Shown here: piece by piece, positions 38,057 to 46,500 of the stretch
Position numbering within the stretch: the first letter of the stretch is position 1
Layout of the letters: the number at the start of each line of letters is the position of its first letter
Source: Candidatus Poribacteria bacterium
GTDB lineage: Bacteria > Poribacteria > WGA-4E > WGA-3G
Direction of reading: 5' to 3'
DNA length: 64,000 nt
Assembly (NCBI GenBank): GCA_965205025.1
Contig: CBDBFU010000009.1
Span: 32,001-96,000 of the forward strand
The notes under the pieces: generated by a model
Database searches by the model: none
What the model was told of the DNA's origin: nothing
Seen by the model: only the letters and a program-made list of their open reading frames with translations
Translations under genes and position numbers: made by a program

Positions 38057-38827
38057 TTACGTATCCAAAGGCACTACATCAGCATATACATAAGTTGGTG
38101 CGGTGTTGGTGCTGGAATGTATCTTGTCATTTTTCTCTTTTGATGTCGTTTCAATATCTCTCTGGACTATTCTACCGGGTTTAGCAGCAACCGGTGAACT
38201 AAACATAGGACCATCAACAACACATGTATGGAATTCACCGTTTTCACCAAGTGGGTCCACACCATCCGGCAAATCTGCGAGAAGGTCTGCATCAAACCAT
38301 CGTCCAGCAAAGTCTGCGGGTACTTTCGTAGGGTTGAGGGCGGTAATAATAGCGCGTAAACCAGAGGATATCATCTTTTGTGCAAGTTCGGTTGTGTCTA
38401 ATCCCCAAACAGGAAAAATCGGTGTGAAACCTGTCCCCTTCAGTTTGTCCTCTCGGTAAGCACGGATCTCTTCCAAGAATAGATCACCAAATGCAAAATG
38501 TGTTGCTGTTAAATCTGCTGGTAATTCTTCTACATCTGAAAGGAATTCACGCATTGCATCTTCATATATTGCATTAGAGCAAGGATACGGAATGGGTATC
38601 TCGTATAAAGGCACACCGAGCTTTTCAGCTTGTTGTTTTAATACCCAAACTGGAGTTGAGTGAATAGATACACGGTCAAATGTCTTGGTTACGGTGGTAA
38701 AGATGCCACGTACATCGTATATATCGGGTTGCTGTCGTAATGTATGTAACCCCCATGCAGAATCTTTACCTGAAGACCAGGAGACCAATACAGGTGTTGG
38801 GTTTATTTTGTCAGTTTCTTTTTTCAT
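38057..38827 (-). CDS. Adenine nucleotide alpha-hydrolase (diphthine-ammonia ligase/MJ0570-like PP-loop ATPase)
   Basis: SWSSGKDS, FGDLFLE, DPLGENGEFHT; start at MKKETD preferred over the longer call. Confidence 0.88.
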   Translation of the reverse strand: MKKETDKINPTPVLVSWSSGKDSAWGLHTLRQQPDIYDVRGIFTTVTKTFDRVSIHSTPVWVLKQQAEKLGVPLYEIPIPYPCSNAIYEDAMREFLSDVEELPADLTATHFAFGDLFLEEIRAYREDKLKGTGFTPIFPVWGLDTTELAQKMISSGLRAIITALNPTKVPADFAGRWFDADLLADLPDGVDPLGENGEFHTCVVDGPMFSSPVAAKPGRIVQRDIETTSKEKNDKIHSSTNTAPTYVYADVVPLDT

Positions 38828-38906
38828 ATTGATTATATAAAGTAATATCTTTGAACACCTTATGGTAGAGTTGTTAGAAAACCACTCTACCATAGGGTAG
38901 AAGTAA

Positions 38907-39470
38907 TTATAATGCCAAAAAGTTACCTAATAGACTCTTTCCGGCAGTTGTTAAAATGGATTCTGGATGAAACTGCACACCCCAAATGGGTAGTGTCTTA
39001 TGACGAATACCCATAATTTCATCCTGATCTGTCCATGCTGTAATCTCAAGACAATCTGGTAATGTCTCTTTTTTTACAATGAGAGAATGATAGCGCGTTG
39101 CTTCAAAGGGATTTTCCAATCCTTCAAACAGATCTGTGTCTTTGTGATAAATCATGGATGTTTTCCCGTGCATAAGACGATCGGCACGCACAACTTCACC
39201 CCCAAAGGTATCCCCGATGCATTGATGTCCAAGACAAACCCCTAAGATCGGAACTTTACCAGCGAAATGTCTTATAGCATCGTTTGATATACCTGCCTCT
39301 TTTGGTGTGCATGGACCGGGAGATATTACAATCCTTTCTGGTGCCAATGCGTCCAATTCCTTTATACCTATCTTTCGACTACGATGAACTTCTAATTCAG
39401 CCCCGAGTTCACCGAAATATTGTACTAAGTTATAGGTAAATGAGTCGTAGTTGTCAATCATTAAAACCAT
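38907..39470 (-). CDS. trpG: Anthranilate synthase component II (glutamine amidotransferase)
   Basis: [34 protein letters not shown]. Confidence 0.93.
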   Translation of the reverse strand: MVLMIDNYDSFTYNLVQYFGELGAELEVHRSRKIGIKELDALAPERIVISPGPCTPKEAGISNDAIRHFAGKVPILGVCLGHQCIGDTFGGEVVRADRLMHGKTSMIYHKDTDLFEGLENPFEATRYHSLIVKKETLPDCLEITAWTDQDEIMGIRHKTLPIWGVQFHPESILTTAGKSLLGNFLAL

Positions 39471-39473
39471 CTT

Positions 39474-40985
39474 TTATCTCCTATGATGTAACAAGCCTTG
39501 TTGTGCCATTTCAATAGCAGTGAGCATTGCCCATGCTTTACTGACGGTTTCATAATACTCATTTTCAGGCATGGAATCCGAAACGACACCACCACCTGCT
39601 TGCACGTATGCAGTACCATCTTTAATAACCGCAGTTCGAATGGTTATTGCCGTATCCGCACTACCTGAAAAACTGAAATAACCGACTGTTCCACCATAGG
39701 GACCCCTTCGTGTCGGTTCCAATTCTTCTATGATTTCCATAGCACGTATTTTAGGGGCACCAGAGAGTGTACCGGCGGGTAGACACGCTCGAATAACATC
39801 AAAAGCAGTAAGATTTTCACGCAAGCGTCCGACAACATGAGAAACGATATGCATCACATGTGAGAATCTTTCAACTATCATCAGATCGGTGACCTCAACG
39901 GAGTGATACTCACACACGCGCCCGAGGTCGTTTCTACCTAAATCCACCAGCATCACATGTTCCGCACGTTCCTTTGGATCTGAAATGAGTTCTTTTTCCA
40001 ATTCACGATCCTCATCATCGGTTTTGCCACGCGGACGTGTTCCGGCAATCGGAACTGTCTGGACAAGTCCATTTTCCACCCGTACCATCATTTCGGGTGA
40101 TGCACCAACTATCTCAAAACTATCATACTTCAGATAATACATATAAGGAGATGGATTTACAACTCGTAATGCACGATAGATATCAAAAGAATCCACTGAA
40201 ACAGGACGACTGAATCGTTGTGAAGGCACAACTTGTATTATGTCACCTGCAGCGATGTATTCTTTTGCACGTCGTACAACCGCCTCGTAATCTGATTTTG
40301 TGAAATTTGATGGCGGATCAGGAATAGTATCAACATCACTATCTGATCTATCGTCTAAATTCCTTACTGAAAGCACCTTTGAAGCAGATGTAAGTTTTTC
40401 TACCAACGAATCGATTTTAGCAATCGCATCTGTATACGCTGTATCTACATTTCCATCAATATGTGCATTGGCAACAACTTTAATCTGATGGTTAACATGA
40501 TCGAATATAAGGATCGTATCGGCAATCATGAAAAAGCAATCCGGCACCTGCAGTTCATCTTCGTTTGTATCAGGTAATTCTTCCACGAAACGCACCATAT
40601 CATAGGTCATATAACCAACTGCCCCACCATGGAATTCTGGTAGCCCATCAACACTGACGGGTTGATATTGCTGCATCAATTCTTCAAGTGCACTCAGCGG
40701 ATCATCGTACTCTTTGACTACTTTTTCTCTTTTTCCAAAGTCCTCTATGGTAACCTCGTTTCCTTTGCTTTGGAAGAGAATAGAGGGTTGGCTGCCCAAA
40801 AAAGAATATCGAGCGACTTTCTCACCACCTTCAACACTTTCCAAAAGGAACGCGAATTCATCAGGCATTAATTTGTAAAAAGCAGATACTGGTGTCTCCA
40901 TATCTGCCAAGATAGGTCGATAAACAGGTATCGTGTTCCCCTGTTTTGCTTTTACCTGAAATTCTTGTAATGTAGGATAATACAT
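39474..40985 (-). CDS. trpE: Anthranilate synthase component I
   Basis: FLLES, NPSPYM (Trp feedback motif), PIAGTRPRG, EHVMLVDLGRND, GTLSGAPKIRAM. Confidence 0.96.
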   Translation of the reverse strand: MYYPTLQEFQVKAKQGNTIPVYRPILADMETPVSAFYKLMPDEFAFLLESVEGGEKVARYSFLGSQPSILFQSKGNEVTIEDFGKREKVVKEYDDPLSALEELMQQYQPVSVDGLPEFHGGAVGYMTYDMVRFVEELPDTNEDELQVPDCFFMIADTILIFDHVNHQIKVVANAHIDGNVDTAYTDAIAKIDSLVEKLTSASKVLSVRNLDDRSDSDVDTIPDPPSNFTKSDYEAVVRRAKEYIAAGDIIQVVPSQRFSRPVSVDSFDIYRALRVVNPSPYMYYLKYDSFEIVGASPEMMVRVENGLVQTVPIAGTRPRGKTDDEDRELEKELISDPKERAEHVMLVDLGRNDLGRVCEYHSVEVTDLMIVERFSHVMHIVSHVVGRLRENLTAFDVIRACLPAGTLSGAPKIRAMEIIEELEPTRRGPYGGTVGYFSFSGSADTAITIRTAVIKDGTAYVQAGGGVVSDSMPENEYYETVSKAWAMLTAIEMAQQGLLHHRR

Positions 40986-41124
40986 GAGTGATTCCTCTTC
41001 ATATCATAAGCATCTAAGTTATGTACTCTTAATAACTAATAGTTGTTATACAATTCTTTTCTATGGCCACCACTACTTATTCTATTGATCAGATGCTATG
41101 CTATGAGTTGGATAACATTCAATA

Positions 41125-41505
41125 CTAATAAACAGCATCTGCATCGAAAATCTTATCTCCAACAATAGTAGTTGACTCTCCATTGGGGGAGACTTCCCTA
41201 AAAAAGCAGGACCGATACCCTTGATGGCATGCTGCAACCTTCTGTTCAACCTTAAACAGCAGGGCATCACCATCACAATCAACTGCCATTGACTTGACAG
41301 TTTGGGTGTGTCCTGAAGTCTCCCCCTTTATCCACAACTTCTGGCGGGAACGACTCCAAAAACATACTCGACCTGTTGACAAAGTCTGTTTGATCGCTTC
41401 TTCATTCATATATCCAAGCATTAGTATTTCATTGTTTGTACTATCTTGGATAATAGCTGCGACCAAACCATCACTATCATATTTCAGTTCAGATAGAATC
41501 TTCAT
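41125..41505 (-). CDS. hisI: Phosphoribosyl-AMP cyclohydrolase
   Basis: [32 protein letters not shown]; AGGAGG RBS. Confidence 0.96.
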   Translation of the reverse strand: MKILSELKYDSDGLVAAIIQDSTNNEILMLGYMNEEAIKQTLSTGRVCFWSRSRQKLWIKGETSGHTQTVKSMAVDCDGDALLFKVEQKVAACHQGYRSCFFREVSPNGESTTIVGDKIFDADAVY

Positions 41506-41526
41506 AATTCCTCCTTCAAACAGTTT

Positions 41527-41571
41527 AAAAACAAAAAACCTTATGCCACCGAGGTAGTGTGTGCATAAGGT
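41527..41571 (-). terminator. Attenuator terminator upstream of hisI
   Basis: Minus strand: ACCTTATGC-(A)-CAC...GTG-GCATAAGGT followed by TTTTTGTTTTT. Confidence 0.85.
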
Positions 41572-41609
41572 CTACAAAATCAATCAATATTAGAATATAT
41601 AAAAATCTG

Positions 41610-41705
41610 TTAACGCGCACACCCCTCCATACTGAAATTGGATCGCCACCAATGCCAATGATCCGTTATAGTATTTAGGTTGGTGTGTGAACTAACAAAT
41701 ATCAT
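41610..41705 (-). CDS. His/Trp-rich attenuator leader peptide MIFVSSHTNLNTITDHWHWWRSNFSMEGCAR (31 aa)
   Basis: Manual translation: CAT TGG CAT TGG TGG CGA; lies between a promoter and a terminator upstream of hisI-trpE-trpG. Confidence 0.82.
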   Translation of the reverse strand: MIFVSSHTNLNTITDHWHWWRSNFSMEGCAR

Positions 41706-41753
41706 CTTTGCAAAAAATATAAGAAATTTATGTATTATTCCAAATTTATTTAT

Positions 41754-41782
41754 ATAATAACATATATGAAATGGGTTGTCAA
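41754..41782 (-). promoter_or_regulatory. sigma70 promoter of the leader-hisI-trpEG operon
   Basis: TTGACA-N17-TATTAT with extended -10 TG. Confidence 0.7.
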
Positions 41783-41963
41783 ATTAAATAATAAAGTAAA
41801 ATTTTCAAATACTTATTAGGGGATAGTAAGCATCAAGGATTCTTGACATACACAGGTTTTTGGAGTAAAATTGACACGGTAAACCCATAATATAAATGAC
41901 ATTGTAAGCATATAGAATTAATAACACGATATATTGAGATAACATTATTAGAAGAGGAAATGA

Positions 41964-43355
41964 ATGGAAACAAGAATTGAGAAGGATAGTTTAGGGGATG
42001 TAGAAGTTCCAGAGTCAGCATATTGGGGTCCACAGACACAACGTGCATTTCTTAATTTCGATATAGGTAATGAACAATTTCCACCAATATTCATCCAAGC
42101 ACTTGCAATAATTAAACATTCCGCGGCAACAGTAAATGCAGAACTCGGTGGTATCACTGAAGAAATAGCAGATTTTATCAGTCGAGCAGCAGATGAAGTT
42201 GCTGAAGGTGGTCTGGCAGACCAGTTCCCACTTCGAATTTGGCAAACAGGAAGTGGAACACAGACACACATGAATATAAATGAAGTGATCGCCAATAGAG
42301 CAAATGAATTGGCGGGGGGAAGCCGTGGAATGAAATCGCCTGTACATCCCAATGACCATGTGAATCGTTCTCAATCAACCAATGATGTATTTCCAACTGC
42401 AATTCACATTGCAGTGGTTACACAGATTCTTAAACGACTACTACCGGCTGTTCAATTGTTACAGGAAGCATTAGAGGAGAAATCACAGAAGTATTCAGAC
42501 ATAGTAAAGACAGGCAGGACACATCTGATGGATGCAACACCTCTAACATTAGGGCAAGTCTTCAGTGGATATGTTCAACAGGTGAAACATGCACAGGAAG
42601 CAATTAAGAGTACTTTATCCCATCTGTATGAACTGCCTATTGGTGGTACAGCAGTAGGAACTGGTTTAAATTCACATCCTGATTATGCTTCCTCTGTTGC
42701 TCAGCGTATTGCGGAACGTACAGGTCACCCGTTCATCACAGCACCAAATAAGTTTGAGGCATTGGGAAGTCGAGATGCTCTTGTATCTGCAAGTGGAGCA
42801 TTGAAACGTCTTGCATGTGCATTGTATAAAATTGCTAACGACATACGGTTGCTCGGAAGTGGTCCACGGTGTGGAATTGGTGAATTGATATTACCCGAGA
42901 ATGAACCGGGAAGTTCAATTATGCCGGGTAAAGTGAATCCAACTCAGTGTGAAGCTATGACAATGGTATGTGCACAGGTAATTGGAAATGATACTACAAT
43001 CTCGCTGGCTGGTAGTGCCGGTAATTTTGAATTGAATGTATTTATGCCTGTGATAGCCTTTAATAGTCTTCAATCTATTCGATTGTTATCGGATGCGTGT
43101 GATGCTTTCAGAGAACATTGTGTTGTCGGCATTGAGGCAAACGAACCAGTGATTGCTGGGTATCTTGAAGCATCTTTGATGTTGGTTACTGCGTTAACAC
43201 CACGTATAGGTTATGATGCCGCAGCTAAGTTGGCACAGAAGGCACATCGGGAAGGATCAACATTACGTGAAGTCGCTCTTGAGGACGGTGTATTGACAGG
43301 AGAGGAATTCGATTCATTGGTGATTCCAGGTGATATGGTAACACCCAATCTATAA
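41964..43355 (+). CDS. fumC: Fumarate hydratase class II
   Basis: [37 protein letters not shown]. Confidence 0.98.
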   Translation: METRIEKDSLGDVEVPESAYWGPQTQRAFLNFDIGNEQFPPIFIQALAIIKHSAATVNAELGGITEEIADFISRAADEVAEGGLADQFPLRIWQTGSGTQTHMNINEVIANRANELAGGSRGMKSPVHPNDHVNRSQSTNDVFPTAIHIAVVTQILKRLLPAVQLLQEALEEKSQKYSDIVKTGRTHLMDATPLTLGQVFSGYVQQVKHAQEAIKSTLSHLYELPIGGTAVGTGLNSHPDYASSVAQRIAERTGHPFITAPNKFEALGSRDALVSASGALKRLACALYKIANDIRLLGSGPRCGIGELILPENEPGSSIMPGKVNPTQCEAMTMVCAQVIGNDTTISLAGSAGNFELNVFMPVIAFNSLQSIRLLSDACDAFREHCVVGIEANEPVIAGYLEASLMLVTALTPRIGYDAAAKLAQKAHREGSTLREVALEDGVLTGEEFDSLVIPGDMVTPNL

Positions 43356-43436
43356 TTGAATAGTTGTGAGTTGAGTAAACACTGAATATCGTCAAAGAAA
43401 TTGATAGTATACCAATTTCCTACGAATAATGTCTTA

Positions 43437-43485
43437 ATATAAAAATGCGTTCAATAGCAATTTACTATTGAACGCATTTTTATAT
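43437..43485. terminator. Bidirectional terminator between convergent fumC and rpoC
   Basis: Perfect 21-bp inverted repeat ATATAAAAATGCGTTCAATAG / CTATTGAACGCATTTTTATAT with a 7-nt loop. Confidence 0.88.
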
Positions 43486-43505
43486 AATATGTATGAAGTC
43501 AGAGA

Positions 43506-46500
43506 TTATTCTTCAAGTTGTATGATCTCTTCAGGTACCTGGATTTCATCAAGATCTGATTCTTCAATACCATCTTTGGAAACTTCCAGCTCCAGCCAAC
43601 TTGAGAATCCAGTACCTGCCGGAATTAATCGTCCAAGGATGACGTTTTCCTTCAGACCTGTAAGGTAATCGGTCTGTCCTTCAACAGCAGCATCTGTAAG
43701 AACTTTCGTTGACTGCTGGAAACTTGCAGCAGAAATGAAACTATCAGTACTTAAAGCTGCTTTACTAATACTCTGTAGGAGTGGTTCACCTGTTGCAGGT
43801 GTACCACCTTCATCTGCTACACGTCTATTTTCAGCATGGAACCTACGTCGACTAACCTCATCGTTAGCATAAAATCTGGTATCTCCAATCGTAAGAATAC
43901 GGATTTTCTGTAGCATTTGTCGGACAATTACTTCGACGTGTTTATCATTGATGATATTCTTACCGTAGACAGTCTGAACTTCATCAACAAGATATGTCCA
44001 TACTGCCTCTTCACCTTCAAGTGAAACTCCGTTGATATTTGCTCTACCGATACTAAGTATATCGTGTGGATTCAGATATCCATCCGTTAAGGGTTGTCCA
44101 GCTTCGACAATGTCACCAGCATCAACACGTCGTTTTTCATCGGGGATCGAGTAAAGGCGACTTTTGGCTGCATCATCAACAATCCGATACTGTGGAACAC
44201 CAGCTTTTTGACCCGTTAGCTGCAATTCCCCAGCAATCTCGGCGATTTCAGCTGCATCTTCACGTTTTGGACGTCGTGCTTCAAAAAGCTCAGTCACCCG
44301 TGGTATCCCTACGACAATGTCAAGGTTCGTAGTTTTCTCGTGTAATTCTGCTAACCCGTGTTGTGCATTCACCTTTTCCCCATCTTCAACAGAAACAGAA
44401 TATCCGGCTGGGATAAGGTGTGAAACGCGTCCTCCACCTTCAACGTCAATATCAATCCTGAAGGTTTCAATCAACTCATCAACATCAACACCACCATACT
44501 GTTCTATGGCTCTCTCAAATTCCCAATCGTTTAACTCTTGGCCAACAGTAAGTGTACAGTTTGGATGAATTACCTTTGTAATTTCATAGGTGTTTTTTGA
44601 GGTTAGTGCTGATTTAGCCTTGTAATCAGCATCACTTAAAATTTCATCTTTAGTAACCTCAGATCCAGAGTCGTTAACTGCCGTGACTTTATACACGCGA
44701 TCAGTATCAAAACCCTTATAAAGACGTTGTGCCTTCTTGTATTCATTCTCATCAATTTCCTGTTGTGGGACAAGTGCACAATCTTCATGATGAACAGCAA
44801 GGATCAAATAAAAACGTTGGATCTCAGGCAATGGTGTTTCTGTGTCTCTATGGTGTTTGACGAGAGCTTTGTGATCTGTCTCAGTCAATACTTCCTCTGT
44901 ATCAGCTCCTTCAGGGGTATACTTGTAAAGTTTCTCAAAATCAAAGCCTTTATAGCTTCTTCTGAATCGATTGGATTCAGACTGAGTAATAACCTCATCA
45001 ACAGCTACAGGAAAATCAGGATGATGAATAGCAGAAACTTTATAAAGCCGTTCAACCTCAAATGCTCCTTCGTTCTTAGTAATGTTAACTTCAAATCCAG
45101 GAAATTCCTTAAGAACAGCCTTTTTCTCATTCTCGGTGAGGAGCGTATCGGTTTCTAACTTACAATTTGGATGATACACAGAGGTTATACGATATTTAAG
45201 ACGTTCAGCAGAGAATCCACCGAATTTATCTTTGAGGGAATCATAGTTGTCTTGTTCAATCAATTCACCAGGTTTGAGCGGACATTCACTATGTGATATT
45301 TCTGATACACGATACAGTTCATTACTTAAAAGCGATACTTCAAACGCCTTTTCATTTAGGAATCTATCTCTATATTCCGACTCAGATAATTGTTGTCCGA
45401 CAGTCAGATCAACCCCATCAGATACTTCTGTAACTGTGCGTACTGGATCCCCGAGTTCAAGATGATATTGACTTTCCTCTTCAGGGGTTAACAAGTGTCC
45501 TTCCTTAAATGGACAACTTGTATGGGTAATAGTCTGAATTTCATATCTCATCTCAGCGTTAAGGGTGTTCTGTTTCCGTAAGTATTCACTTTCGGTGAGG
45601 ATATCACCCGATGTGGTTCGATATACCCATTTTCCATCGAAAGGTCGAATCTCAGTTTTCCATTTTTCAGCTTCAGTCTCAGTCACTAATGTACCCTCCT
45701 TCAGAGAACTTTCAGGGTGCATTACCCGTATCACAGGATACTGAGGTTCGGAACAACGGAATAGAGCAAATCGATGTAAACAGGCATTATACTCTTGATC
45801 TGTAAGATACTGTCCTTCCTGTAAGGCAAATCCTTCCCCACTATTAGCCTCAATTACATCTGGACGATTTACGGCTTCAATTACCCGTGTAATGGGTACC
45901 ACCTCAAAACCAGGATAACGCTCCTTGTTCTCCTCATGCTGCTTAATAGTAAGTAGTTCATTCGGTTGGAGTTTACAGTCAGGATGTTCAACTGTCTTCA
46001 CTTTATAGTTTGCTTGGTCAAGATGATCAGCAACTTTTTGAACAATCCAGAGTCCACCTTCTTCACGGACTGTCCTCCCAGGTATAAAATCACGAAAGCG
46101 AACAACACCAGATGCTTTAGCAGGGATCTTCCGGGCAAGACGTTCACTCACATCTTCAACCACACCACCCGTATGAAATGTTCGCATTGTTAACTGTGTT
46201 CCTGGTTCCCCGATTGATTGTGCAGCAATAATTCCGATTGCTTCACCAACATTAACCATTTGTCCTGATGTTAAATCAGAACCGTAACAATGAGCACAAG
46301 ATCCCTTTTCGGTCTCACAGGTAAGTATAGATCTAACACGAACACTGGAGACTTCAGCATCTTCTATTATTTGCGCCATTTGAGGTGTAATCATTGTATC
46401 ACTTTCGACAAGAACTTCATCAGTAGTAGGATGAACTACATCCTCAACTGCCACACGACCACTGATTTTAAATCCTATTGATCCGGCACTCGTAGTGAAT

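Noticed and set aside
44320-46160. Intein in RpoC
   Set aside because: No Cys/Ser start, His-Asn end or LAGLIDADG motifs; the insert is repetitive and lies at the SI3 site
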